Shown here one piece after another: positions 51,401 to 64,000 of a stretch of 64,000 bases of DNA (positions are counted from its first letter, which is position 1; every line of letters begins with the position of its first letter). The translations under genes were made by a program, and so were the position numbers. Source of the stretch: Fimbriosthenelais zetlandica (taxonomy: Eukaryota); the NCBI GenBank assembly GCA_977030845.1, contig OZ365109.1, forward strand, positions 17,608,001-17,672,000, in the 5' to 3' direction. Below the pieces are notes generated by a model that saw only the letters and a list, made by a program, of their open reading frames with translations, searched no databases and had not been told where the DNA came from.

Positions 51401-53208
51401 CATCCAATGCTGGCTTCCCACATGTCTTTTTATCTTCTAACGCTCTGTCGGAGCGCCTTCATTCTGTCCAGGTGTTGAGGACCACCTGTGTGTACTGGTA
51501 TTCTACTTTCTGACACCCACTTGACCCTGGAGGCTATACTATACCCTGGATGAGCACAGGTTAAGGGTCACTGGCCATGCAGACCATCTCCACCCTCTCA
51601 AGAAATTTATTGATCCCAGAAACCCCGCTGACAAGCATGCCTCCTAACCAAACAAACATACCTGTAAGCTACCTAGATGTGAGATTTACTGCCAAAGTTA
51701 ATTCTAAAGTCAATTCTAATTTTCAAACTTTGGGGAAAATACAAAGTTAATTCTAAAGTCAATTCTTATTTTTAACATTGGGGGGAAAATAGAAATTTCT
51801 TTACAAAGATCTTGCTTTCAATGGAGATTAATTTTATTGCTGTAAGTTTTAATTTCTCTAGCAATGATATTTTCATTGCATTTTAAGCAGGGATTCAGAT
51901 TCTTAGTTTTTTCAATGTAGACTTGTTTCAATCATGAACTGATCAATATATATGATGCAGTTCAAAGAAATCGTAATTTTTTACGGCATTTTTCTTGTGG
52001 GATTGTTATCTCAAGTCTCAAGTGTGTAAATGATTTATGGAGTTACTTCACAAGGTGAGACACAGGTTTTGTTAATATAGTCTGGAGTAAGTGGCAGAAA
52101 ATACAAATGCCTCAATGCCAGCCCATCATAGGGGCATATGGCAGCCTCATGGCGAGTTGGCCAGGGTTGGTGGTAGTAAGGCTGAAGTGGGGAAAACTAA
52201 GTTTCGTCTCTCGATCCTCATGGGAAAATCCATTCTATGCATTTTAAAAAATAATTATTCGCGAAAATATCATTCAATACATGATAATGATTTGTTCATT
52301 ATATTCATTCAATAGATGGCCAAGGTTGTGTAAACAGAATTTGCACTTGGATTTTTTTCATTTGGGCGTCAACGCGTGGCTAAACACCTAATTTAATCCC
52401 AAATCTTAGAACCTAATTTAGTCATTTATGTGCACTGATTCACAAGTCACAGTTCAATACCTGTTGCTGAAAAAAACAAGATTAAGCTGACTGGATTTAT
52501 GTTGATTGGCGTGAATAATACGTTGACTGACCTTGACATGGTGTCACCTCGCAGTTCCGCCTGACTGGAGGTCTCACTTCATTACAGCTGTATAGATTAT
52601 TGTCCTGAGGTTTGTCACAGAATGTTTCTCTTACTTGAGAACCAGGCCCACAGGTTGCAGAACACTAAAAAGAAAATCAATATTCCAGACATGTAATCTT
52701 GTTTCAACGTGTAACTTTTCTAAACGTTTTGAGTTTTTATTTCGTATCACTTATATTCACAGGTATTGGCTGAATTCATTTCAGTCTAGGCATCATCCTA
52801 TTCAAACATAATTGTACCTTTACCACTACAAAAAAAATTCAATTATTTTATTTTTTTAATTCAGTTTTACTTCTTCAATTCAAATATAACCAAATACCCT
52901 TAGACAAACAATTTACCATTCACTTTAATCACTGACATTTCCCATAAGACATTTTATCTCCTATTGAATTCACTGTTAACCAGTAAACATTTCCACCCAC
53001 CTCGGACCACGGGGCTGTATACCAGTGTGCAGGGCAGGGCTTCCTCCCACACTTTTGCGTATAGTTTGGCAGAGTTCGAAGATTACAGTAGACTGGATCA
53101 ACGGGATAGTCCCGACCAAAGTAATTATGCATACAGTGGACTCTTCTTGCCTGAGTACCATGTCGACCGCACGTTGCTGAACACTGCCCCCAGTCTCCAG
53201 TCACCCAT
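48469..53208 (-). CDS. 3' end of an ADAMTS2/3/14-like metalloprotease: TSP1 repeats, mucin-like stalk and PLAC domain; upstream exons not found in the window
   Basis: Exons 53208-53001 (RWVTGDWGQCSATCGRHGTQARRVHC...CGRKPCPAHWYTAPWSE), 52664-52532 (CSATCGPGSQVRETFC...RRNCEVTPCQ) and 49067-48469 (Thr/Pro/Arg stalk, then PLAC CTVDKSFFCK...CHLPLYRSFCCASC, TAA). Phases are compatible. The TSP1 and PLAC wording resembles ADAMTS3. Confidence 0.85.
50095..50450. repeat. CT-rich low-complexity tract in an ADAMTS intron
   Basis: Imperfect (CT)n, read directly. Confidence 0.85.
50843..51108. repeat. Tandem duplication with a period of about 141 bp
   Basis: Units start TTATTGA at 50843 and 50984 and share the identical core TGGGTAATTGCCTTATAAATCAGAGATTGCACAGATAATAAGTTAACTACT. 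Confidence 0.9.
51693..51792. repeat. Tandem duplication with a period of 49 bp
   Basis: CAAAGTTAATTCTAAAGTCAATTCT at 51693 and 51742. Confidence 0.85.
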
Positions 53209-56200
53209 CTGAAAGCCAATACATAAATACATAAAATACATCAAATTCCTTTCATACAATCCATACCTTGTCGATATGTCCCCATATAAATTTATTGATA
53301 GGGGTAGAAATGATGTGTTCTCTACAGAAACCCAATCCCCTAGCAAAAGCCATTTTGGAATGTAGTGGTAGTAGTATATGAAAGTAGGCACTGTGGTAGG
53401 CCTGTATCAAATGACCTTTTTTCCCCTGCCGTGCATCTCTATGGAGCACTTCATCATAGGTTGTTTGGAAAGCTTTAGATTTGTCAGATACTGAAGCGCC
53501 AGCCGGATGGGAAGTTGGAATGGCGGTCCGGGTTAGTGTATAATAGGGTTTTAGATAGTCGAGCCCTGAGTCCGGTGGGACTAGTAGGAACAGGTTTGCC
53601 TTTATGTAGTTGGATGGCATCTTGAGTGCCAGAATCGTATACATGAGAGTTCTATAAAGGAAATACATATAGAGGGGTTCCTTTGATGGGCTTCTGGTCT
53701 TGTATGGTTTCTATTGGACATCCCCCATCCTTGGTACCTAGATGTGTATTGTTGGGTGAATATACTGCACCTTACCAGACAATGTTCCTGCCCTGTCTGA
53801 TCGACTGATCGTCATTCATGACATCACAGACTCTAGAGTATAAGTAAAAAATACTCGGTATAGTCTGGTATGGACAGGGAAAAAAGATGCAATTGTTGGG
53901 GGAAACTGTACTTGCTTTAAGATCATATGGGTAAAGATTGCCCGTTGCCTCCCGCTCTGAATGGGAGTCTGAACCCCCATTTCCCCCCCACCTACAAATT
54001 CCCCTTGAGGATAAAAATTAATTTTTATTTTAAATTTTGCCAATATATCCAATACAGACATCGTAATATATTATTTTAAAGCATTTTGATTCGGCTTGAT
54101 TCTTATAAGTATTGTTCCATATTCCCTTTACATGAAGAAAACTAACTAAACGAATGATTGTTGTCAAGATTTAAACAATAATTCTTTTAGTGATTTTAGA
54201 CAAATCTGATCCCAATAATCATTCATCCCACCCCTCGGAATAACTTCTTTAGATCCTGTCCTCACTTACTGGATTTCCCTGATGCCATATTCACTCACCA
54301 ACCCCTCCCACCAACCCCTTGCTTCTCTTCCTCCCCCATCTTGTTATATGAACTTTGATTTGCGTCCCCAATCCCTTAAAACCACACAATTTCCTATTGC
54401 TGACTCCCCAGCGGGCGCTGCTTGTTCCCCTGACCAGTCATTGATAGCTGTTCACTTTGTAAGACCAACAATCACAACTGTTATTGTCAGCCACAGCCAG
54501 TTCCTCCCAACCACACAGAGACCCTGGATCAAATCCATGTAAAGCCATTTTATGAGCGCACTCATCTCTGTTTATCCACTCTATTTATAACATGCATTAT
54601 TATAAGCCAGTGCACCATCCACTGGGGAAAATGAATTAACTCAGTGTTGAACATTTAAACCCATCTTCTACACGGGAACATGGAACACCCCAGGGAGGGA
54701 GGTTTAGGGGGGAGGCAGTAATGCCATATTGACTGTTGGCATTCTATAAGCATGCATAATTCCCCTGCCGAGCTCTACTTAAAGCCTAGTCAGTTTACTT
54801 CGAGTGCTCATTGATGATCTGACATGGTTATTCAATTGTGGCACGCTAGAATACCGAGGCATCAAAGATTTACCCCAATTTGCCCCGTGCGTGCCACAGC
54901 ATCGGACCCATAATGATTCAATCAGAGGCCGGGATAATCCCCAACCAAACCAGCCGTGGCAGGTGGTGGGCAGTCCGACGGGCGAATTTCATGATATTAT
55001 TCACGCCTCGTGTACCCAGCTAATACAAGAGCAAACCTAATAATATGAGAACCAAGCCAACACTACTTGTAATGGTCGTCAAATATGTATCAATCATATC
55101 GATATGAGTTTATGGAATGGCTTAGTGTAAGATCCATAAACATGCTCTAAATGATGATCTCCCATTGAAAATGTTAGTCCCCATGGTTATTTAAAGGCAG
55201 TCTCGCCCTTGAAATGGAGGATAGACATGATATGAAAATAGGAGTGGTTTTTTAGTTTGATCTATTTTCTCCCCAGACTGATGTCTACCTCGATAAAACC
55301 GAAAACTCACCACTACAAAGATGAAAGATGGAAAGATAAAAAACATAACTATATTTCCAGGCAGTGTACTTTTCCAATTATACAGTGAAAGATCACAAAC
55401 TTGTTATCCAGGCTTTGATATCTATGAAAGTTGAAGATTTGTATTCGAAGCAGATATTTGAACGCCTTGAGATCGTTTATCTAACTTAGTAAATGTCAAA
55501 GGCCTTTGCTTCGCCTGGAGAACTGTTGATCCTAGGGCTAGGAAATTACATTTCCTATATACATGTACATGCAGGCTAGCTAGATCCAAGGACAAACCGT
55601 TACGAACTGTCATACAAGAACATTACATCTACAAAATGATATCGCTCAACTAGGCCTATAGTAAAATAATTATTTTTCTTTTCCAAAAATTTTAGGGGGT
55701 TGACCCCCCCCCCCCCATTCTTTTCTCAACACAAAATCCTTGATTCTCGGATAGATAAACCCATACTTTATTATTTTCATCAATTTTTCTAGCTTAATTA
55801 CATAAGAGTATACTGTGACGCCATTAATCGGTGTTTGGAACGAAAACGTTGTGTATATTTGCAGAGCCCAATAGTTACATAAATGAAGGAAATATGTAAG
55901 CATTTTCTGTTGCTATAACCACATGTATGCTCTCAGCTCAAATAGATTTATACGGACTGATGATATGAGATAAGCTGTATTATATACGGTATGTATGAGT
56001 GTGATGGTTAAACATTAGTGTCAGTGAACCAGACCGCCAATTGGTAAATATGATCGAGGCCTGCATGTTTCTAAAGGAAAAACACCCATCACATAATCAC
56101 ACATGATTATCCTTTAGATTATCCATTGGATAATGGCTTGCTTTTTTTTCTTCGAAAACAGGCCCCAGGCCAAACTTACCATTACCAATACTGCGTTATA

Positions 56201-58579
56201 TATATGCAGCTATAGGCTAGTCTATGTGTTTTTTAATGCACCTCACTCATGTTATCTGAGCTTTTTTCCCCTCAATAAACCCCCTTGCACATGTTTGATC
56301 CGATAATGGTATACATACATGATCTATGGTAGGTATAGATAATACATTGATGTCGCTTTTATAAACGCTATGAGCGTTTGTGCATGTACCAGTACGTTTG
56401 GAGAAATTCCAATCCAAGCAAAGGGAAATGGAACAACAGATGGCCAAGTCTGATTTTACAGCTGAAGATCTCAGAGAAAGGAAAATGATTTCTGAGGAAG
56501 GCCTTAAGCAGAATTTATGGTTCCTCTCCTTAAACTGGTAGGTGATAATTCACAAAATGAAAGAATAACTTTTTAAATTTACATGAGTTTTGTCTTGTCC
56601 TAATATTGCACTATTTATATATTGGAATACAATATTGAATCCAATAAAAAAAACAGTTGTGAACTAATATATGAAGGGATTCCAGTCTGTTCTACATTCA
56701 TATCGGGCAGTACTCAGTGACATTAAAGTAAAATGCCTTTATTGAAATTTTTCAATTTCACACCTGGGCAGAGTAGGGGATCCATCTGTGCTTTGCACCA
56801 GTGCAGTTGGCCTCGTCGGGTTTGGGAAGCGCTGAGATTTAAAAGAAAAGGTGTATTTGTGGAATTCCAAACATGGCATATTTTTCCTGCACAGCGAGCC
56901 AAAAATACAGTTACATGGAAATGTTCTGTTTGTTTTGCAAGCTTCATTGAATCCCAACCCGGCTCGCAATGCCAGCTGATCACGAGAACACGGGTGGGAC
57001 TGAAAAAGGAAGGAAAAATATTAGCCGAAAGAGAAAAAAATGTGAATCTTTTTCCCTTGCGTGACCCTCTGGGAATGTGTAAGGCACAGGAATGTCATGT
57101 TCCTGTTGTTGAAGATTCTCCACTTACTCAACATACCTTTTCACCTTTATCAGTGTATATAATATGCCACCTCTCCTCCCCCACCCTCACTGGCCCTGTG
57201 GAATGTCTTACTTCAACTGGCCAGGAATTTGACTTCATATTGCCTGCTAGTGGTAAAAAGAAACACATTTTCTGGCACTGAATGGGAAGTTACGGGACCA
57301 TTGCCAAGTTTATGCCTATATAAGAGAGAGGTGTGTGGTCCTTTCCTATCCATGGATCCATATACATACATGTATATATCTCTCTCCTACCCATATTTAT
57401 GAAATTCTCTCACTCACCCCCCCCCCCCCCCCCTCGTCCTGCTATTTGCCTTTTCACTCACACTGTCCCTTTCATTTCTCCTATAATATTATGCTCATTG
57501 ATGCACTCACTCATCGAGGCACTCACTCACCTACTCACCCTTTCACTCGTCCACTCACCCACCCCCACCCCATGCTTGTCTCTTCCGCTCCGCCCCCCAC
57601 CCCCACCCACCCCACTTGACTCCCTCTTCAGCATTATGACACTGGTGATGTTGGCTTTTGGGTAGAAGTAGAACCCTGGGCACAGACCTCAATCCCAGGT
57701 CCAGGCCACCCAGACATTGGGCCATGGATGCTCATAAGGCATAAGGTCGTACCCAGTGGTCTGACCCACTCCACCAACAACCATTACCCAACCAATGGTA
57801 TAAACTAGGCTGGTCCAATATTAACACGAACTACCAACCATTATCCAAAGAAAATATATTAGATCTATCTATGTAATATTCCTATTAGTGGTGGATTTTT
57901 TTCCCCACGGAACTTCAAAATTATTTCCTGAATGGATCGGAACATGCTGTAAAACTCAAATTTTGACATTTTGACATATTTTTTCCATTTGTATTATGTA
58001 GAATGAATAATTGGTTAATAATCATTTCGAGTGTGGTTTTCATTATCAATGCCTGGGGAGCCTTGTTTGTTGAACACCTTCCATTTCATATGAGGAATTT
58101 TAAAGTGCAGACCACACACATAGACTTGGCTGCGTTTCAAAAGGTTAACTCCAGCATAAAAAGTTAAGGTTGTGCCCCATCTTCAGGCCTTCCTGAGAAT
58201 AAAGGATGGTGAAAGTGATTGACGTAGAAGCTATTATTAAAATAAATCCTCCCTGGAACAAATTACTGGTTCTCTATTCAACTACGAAAGCTGGAACCTT
58301 AAATGGGCTAATTTGAGACAAAAATTATTGGCGGCAGGAATTGGCATACTAGTGAGAATACGAGTTCATTGTAATTCACCGATCATCTATTAGAACCGTC
58401 CTTTATAGTGAAAATATATAATCTATATATGACGGTTAGAATAGAAGGCTTTTCAGGCTTTCATACAGTTTTACTTTTTTGGTGGCGGGGGTGGGGGATT
58501 GAGGAAGAAATGGAGTAAGAAAAAAATACAAAAAAGATCTGCCAGAACTGTTACAATAAAAAATAAATCAAATACTTAT

Positions 58580-59402
58580 TTAGATAAAATACAGGTTCGT
58601 CATTCACATTGTCATTGGGGTTTTTCGCCAAGGTCTGTGTATATATTATTTTCTGAAAAGCTAGTACAACAAACCAAATGATCATGACTGTATGTAGACG
58701 TACCTTCCCACCACACACAACTAGCTGTTGGTTCAGACTAAACACAATATGACCATAGCTCGACATTTACACTATTGATTTATCGATTGTTGTGTTATAT
58801 TTTTCTCCTCTTCATCAGTTAGCAGTGTATGGGCTAGGATTTCTTTCCATACTACTTTCATTTGCGATTCTTGAAAAAAATGGAAATTGGTTTAGATATC
58901 TTTGGGGACATACGGTCCCAGAGGATCCACCCCCTATGGCTTTATATCAGTCGGTTACACATATATAACCGTTTAAATAGTTTATTGATTATTCATATAT
59001 CACTGTGGTAATGCTTTTAGTTTTCATTTGGATACAGCTACGGCCGTTAACCAGGCGCAGAAAACTTCCACTTGGCATCCTAGCGGATGATTAGGCCTGA
59101 GAGATAAGGCAGTTGTTTACGAGGCATTCCATTCTCTTATAGCCAGGATCGAATACTACAAGCCTGAACATTTGCCAGAGAACTTCACTGAGATATCCTA
59201 TAGTGGTACTGGCAGGGACTGTCAAGTGGCCATGGGTGGGGTATACTTTAGGACATTGGCTGTATGACATGGAAATGATGTCTTTCTCGAAAGAAAACTG
59301 TCATTGTGCTCTTTTCTCCTAAGTTAGATAAAATACAGGTTCGTCATTGTCATTCGGGTTTTTCTCCAATGTCTGTCTATTATTATCTTCTGAAAACCTA
59401 GT
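58580..59402. repeat. Dispersed ~80-bp duplicate at 58580-58665 and 59324-59402
   Basis: Both begin TTAGATAAAATACAGGTTCGTCATT and end TCTGAAAA(G/C)CTAGT. Confidence 0.75.
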
Positions 59403-62151
59403 TGGGTGGGGGGGTCTTACTCTTTTTGCGAAGCACTCATATTCGTATTTCTCTCTCCCATTCATTCCTTTCTACAATCCCTCTCCCTTTCTCTCTCCAT
59501 CTCTCTCTCTCATTCATTCCTCTCTCCCATCCCTCCCCCCCCCCTCAATCTCTTCCAGCCATGTAGTATATAAGTTGTCATATATAGATCACCCTATGAG
59601 ACCTCATCAACTTGATCAAATTAGCATCATTACTCTGTGCTGGTGTATGTAATACTAATTGCCCGGGCTGCACACAATAGCTCATTAGATGCTCCATGTT
59701 ATTAGCTATGGCCTGGCTGTGGGCAAATTACTTTTATGGATAACCTGCCTTCATTATGGTAAACTGGCCTGAGCACTACATCCATCCTACCTAGCGTCCC
59801 TTCAGCATTTTTATGCTACATAAGTGGCTTTTGGTATTGTTCAAGGATTCTCCAGTAAAAGGACTGCACAGTGTGATTCAGAAATAATGTGAAGTTATAT
59901 TTGTGGGGTTCATATATCATGTTATTTGTTCAGTGCATACATGGTGCATACCCCATTCAAAGTCAAACATAACGTATCCAGAGAAAATCCCGTTTTGCAT
60001 ATTGAAAAATCTTGAAAATCCTGAAATATTTTTTGTGCCGGAGTCCATCCCTGTCTTTAGTACCACTCTTCTTACGACGAAAGTTAGAAAAAAAGACTGA
60101 ACACTTTCTCCGTGGGAAAGTATATACTTTTGATAATGTATTATTCAAATCAAAAGTATATTAATAAATCATGGCCCTTTCTACCGACTCTCTCGTTATT
60201 TATGGGTATATGAATGACCCATGCCTCACAGAGGAATTCGCAACAAAATGCTTAGTAGAAGCATGTGAACTTGATGTAGAGAGAGAGTGAGTGTAAGTGT
60301 GTCTATTTGTAGCTAGTGGCATCTCTCCCCTAGTACTCCACGCGCCTGGAGGGGATCTTTTTCTCTCATGTTGACACATACTTATGATGCCTGTCATTGC
60401 TGGCCATGTTATCGCCTAGGACGCTAGATGGGGCTAGTGTGCCAGCCAAAGCTTTGCAGTGCTTGTTGCTGGGATAAGAAACAAGGTTTGCACTCATGTT
60501 GGAGGACTGTTGTGGGATGTACTTGGGGGAAATGTGGTTAGTCCAGTGCTTGGTAACTTCCTCGTGGAAGTGGGATGGGTCGGTGTTTATTTACTATCAA
60601 GGGGATTTTTGCATTTGTATTATGAATGGTGTTTGATATTAGAGCACTAGATAGTCAGCACTAGATAGAGCTGAAAATCATGAATGGTAAAAATTTGGTT
60701 GCCGGCCCGTGAGCCTAACCATTTGTTTTGAGCTGTATAAATATCTTTAATGAAAACAAATTTAAAGTTGGTGAGAGGGACATTTCCTCTGAGGGCTTTC
60801 TTCTGATTTTCATTCATTTCATTCATTTTCATTCTTCAGTCTTTATTCACCCCAGGAACGTCAGTAATAATGTTTTCCTCCGAGGCGGTTTCTTATGATT
60901 TTCATCCCAGAAATGTCAGTGATACTGTTTTCTCCCTTGAATGATAATATAATTTATGTTCTTGAAGATGAGGAAAATGAGGGCTGATGTATTTAATGAA
61001 CCATATAAAGTACCTCAGTCAGTCACTGGATGGCTTATCTAAATATCAAAAGCTAACATTCCAGATGAGATGAAAAAGCTCAATAAAAATGTCAGGCAAC
61101 AATAACAAACATAGTTGGTCATGTTCATAACCGGTAGACATGGCCAAGCTTTTATCTTGGGAAGAAAGCTTCCAGACAATAAGTCTTACTCTTCTATATT
61201 GCACCCTTAGAACTCTGACATCGTCTATTTATCTGTCTGGCTGCCAATATGAGAAGCTCGGCAATTCACCTTCCTTAGTTATCTTTCCTTGAGGGGGTCT
61301 GCTATAGCAACAAACTGTTTATGACAAACTGTCTGGTCTAGGTATGTGTGTTTTTGTCTGACTGAAGCTAATCCTCATAAAGTACAATATGATGATGATT
61401 AAACTTGATTTGTCTGAGGAAATTTTTAAGTATCCTATTAACGGTCCACATTTTTTTCTACTGGCAAGGTTCTTAATCATGAAAAACTGGACTCCCCATG
61501 AAGTTTTTTTTTCATCTCACTTATGATTAGGTCAATGTTTCTGTTGTAAAATCGCACCAAAATAGTCGTGGAATAACTAAAACTGTCATGATACTTCTTT
61601 CTCAACATTTTGGGAATCCTATAGTCTTGAGGGTTCAGTAACTTCTTGCGCCTCTAGTCGAGGAAATATGTCCATTCATTTTCTGAAGAACTCTTATTTG
61701 ATTTCTGTACATCATATAAAAATATTGTCTGGGTTTTCAGGGCTTTTCTCCCTTTTTTGGCAATTAACATAGGCCTGGCAACTTTCCATACGCCTGTTCC
61801 CTCATTTCTTGTGCCTATGAGCTAATTGTATTTGATGAAATTTGTTTCAAAAGAAGTAGTTCTGCTTTGCATACATTACTTTGCTTACATCTCTCTGGCT
61901 TTCAGGGCTTCCATTTTCTTCCTTTTCTTGCTTTGAAAGACAAAAATTCCAATTGTGCCTTCGGTCGCAGAATCAACTTTGCTGAAATTTATTTTTAGAC
62001 AAATAGCCCATCTCTTATTGGTTTGCATTGTTCTTACTCTCTGCATGGCTTTCATTTTCTCCCCTTTCTTATTTCGAAAGGCAAAAATCTGAATTTTCCT
62101 AACTTGTTTCCTCACAGACTCGCCACATTGCCGTTAGTCGTGGAGGTGAGG

Positions 62152-62829
62152 ATGGCCGACGAGGTTATCACCCTGAACGTCGGCGGCGTCCTCTACACGA
62201 CCACCCGCTCCACGCTCTCCAAATACCCCGACTCTATGATCGGCGCCATGTTTAACGGCCAATTCGTGCCCACCAACTTCGACCAGCAGGGCAACTACTT
62301 TATCGACCGCGATGGCGACATTTTCCGTATCATTCTCAACTTCCTCCGCTCCGGCCGGCTCTGCCTTCCTCAGAGCTTCAAGGATTTTGACCTTTTGGAA
62401 GCGGAAGTGGATTATTACCAGATTCCGGCCCTCATCGCTGCCCTCTCAGCCTTGAGGAGGCAGGAGGGTAAGAGAAAGGGATACTATCTAGAGATTTTAG
62501 ATTTTGAGGAGACGGCCTACTTTTATAGGTTCTACTCCGATCCTCCGCGTGGCATCCACACCGAATTGAAAAACGGCGGGCTTGTCGTGTCTGGGTCTAA
62601 AGCGGCCCTATTGACGTTACCCTTGCCAGAGAAGATCATCAAAGATTTGCAAAGTAGTGATACACAGTACCGCACTATAAATCTGAGCAACAGCCATTGT
62701 CCTAAAATGGCCTTCATGCATCATCTTCACAATAACGGCTGGGAACTCATGTCTACGTCATTTGCCAATAACACGGATAGTGACGGCTCCTATATGGTGC
62801 ATAAATATATGTGGTTTATGCCCAGGTGA
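62152..62829 (+). CDS. BTB/POZ (T1-type) KCTD protein, KCTD21/6/11-like, 225 aa if it ends at the TGA at 62827
   Basis: VITLNVGGVLYTTTRSTLSKYPDSMIGAMF, YFIDRDGDIFRIILNFLRSGRLCLP, EAEVDYYQIPALIAAL. The acceptor CCTCACAG at 62117 marks the preceding part of the listed ORF as intron. Confidence 0.9.
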   Translation: MADEVITLNVGGVLYTTTRSTLSKYPDSMIGAMFNGQFVPTNFDQQGNYFIDRDGDIFRIILNFLRSGRLCLPQSFKDFDLLEAEVDYYQIPALIAALSALRRQEGKRKGYYLEILDFEETAYFYRFYSDPPRGIHTELKNGGLVVSGSKAALLTLPLPEKIIKDLQSSDTQYRTINLSNSHCPKMAFMHHLHNNGWELMSTSFANNTDSDGSYMVHKYMWFMPR

Positions 62830-62938
62830 GTTATCTATAGGGGCTCTGACCATTGACCATTGAATTCTTACTACCAGGACCATGACTGCCGCCTGGACGT
62901 TACTCCATCTCAGGCCCGCCCCTCCAACGTCATGACGC

Positions 62939-62991
62939 ACGACTAGCGTCATTACACGTCATGAATGACGACTAGCGTCATTACACGTCAT
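62939..62991. repeat. 24-bp exact direct repeat (period 29 bp) rich in CGTCA
   Basis: ACGACTAGCGTCATTACACGTCAT at 62939-62962 and 62968-62991. Confidence 0.9.
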
Positions 62992-64000
62992 CACATGAAG
63001 GTCGCCTCCAGCCAACATCTCAATGACGTCTTCGCAGACGCTGAAGATGTCGACAGAAGTGCCTCCATTCTATACTCTTTCTACTTCCAATACTAGGCTT
63101 TCCCAATTTATGTACGTCCTAGTTATATATGTGCAAACCGTTCATGACGAATACATTATATATCTATTGGCAGTCGGCATAAATTACTGAATTATTATAT
63201 TATCATTAATTTGACATAAATTACTTCTGTGTTGGAGCCAATGGATCTGTCAATTGTACAACGGGTTCCAAGTTTTCTTCAGTAATACGTATGACTTATA
63301 TAATAATACGGTATTTAATATGTCCGTACCAGATTTGTATAGTATCAGAGTGCTATATAGTACCCTGGTACATCACTAGGGTGCCTCTATCCACTGACAC
63401 TTCTCTGTAATTTAAATAATCTTAATGTGTTATTAATGGTCGAATTTTCAATCTGGCAAAAACAGGCATTTATAATATAATGTCTAAATGAAAGGTACTA
63501 CTATGTAATATGTCTGAACACTGTAATAGTCGCGAACCATGCTGTTAAGCACCTTGGCGACGCTTCGCGATGAGTCGCCAAACTTCTGGGGGATTTTTGA
63601 TAGAAAAGACGTGGAACATTAGTATTAATGGTCTAAATCGTTTTTTGGATATGGTGCAAGCAAGGAGATGGTCACCAACATTGTAAACTATAAATGTTGG
63701 ACTGTTCATGAATCTAAATGGTTTGTGATGATTAAGATGAGTACGACATTGTGTGAGTATCTGGGTTTAAATGAGTTAATCATACATTGAAAAGGTCGAG
63801 ATATACTAAGTGATATTAGCTTAGATCTACTCCATGCCATAATGATAGGGGATCTTCTATGATCCAGCAAGCTGCCACTATTATCTGTGTATCTTATCTA
63901 TGTGATTAGTGAAGGAAAGTGGGAGACTGTCTTTATTATCTTTAGTAACTTGGTTGATAGTTTCTTTCAGTCTCCCAAATAATTGTTTCCATGGGATGAA

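Noticed and set aside
56428-56540. Protein-like short plus-strand ORF MEQQMAKSDF...LSLNW with a nearby donor
   Set aside because: Splicing it to the KCTD acceptor creates an immediate TGA, and I see no recognisable homology.
56764-56999. Possible 236-nt minus-strand exon with a good acceptor, phase-compatible with the ADAMTS TSP1 exon
   Set aside because: Weak donor (GTGTGA) and no TSP1 or spacer signature in either open frame; phase match has a one-in-three chance.
63554-63581. GC-rich hairpin TTGGCGAC...GTCGCCAA, considered as a Helitron 3' end
   Set aside because: The 8-bp stem lacks a properly spaced CTRR terminus, and no 5' end or Rep/helicase ORF is visible.

Overview
AT-rich animal (invertebrate-type) nuclear DNA with GT-AG introns; exons were assembled by hand from splice sites and frame continuity. 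Left to right: the 3' part of mitochondrial DNA polymerase gamma POLG (+, 1-8678); ABHD8-like hydrolase (-), head-to-head with RPS15 (+); a two-exon Ubc12/UBE2M-like E2 gene with a very long acidic repeat tail (-); a complete ERCC6/CSB (-); about 14 kb with no gene I can support; the last three exons of an ADAMTS2/3/14-like protease (-); and a KCTD21/6/11-like BTB gene (+). Four observations stand out. (1) Two paralogous ~310-nt box C/D RNAs lie in POLG introns, and their conserved D' guide targets U41 of U5 snRNA loop 1, as vertebrate U87/U88 scaRNAs do. (2) ERCC6 carries an in-frame tandem duplication of the three-exon N-terminal coiled-coil module. (3) The ~990-aa E2 has a higher-order repeat spacer and a possible C-terminal tail anchor. 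(4) The ADAMTS has a mucin-like stalk rich in basic clusters ahead of its PLAC domain. Family assignments rest on recalled motifs, not database searches.
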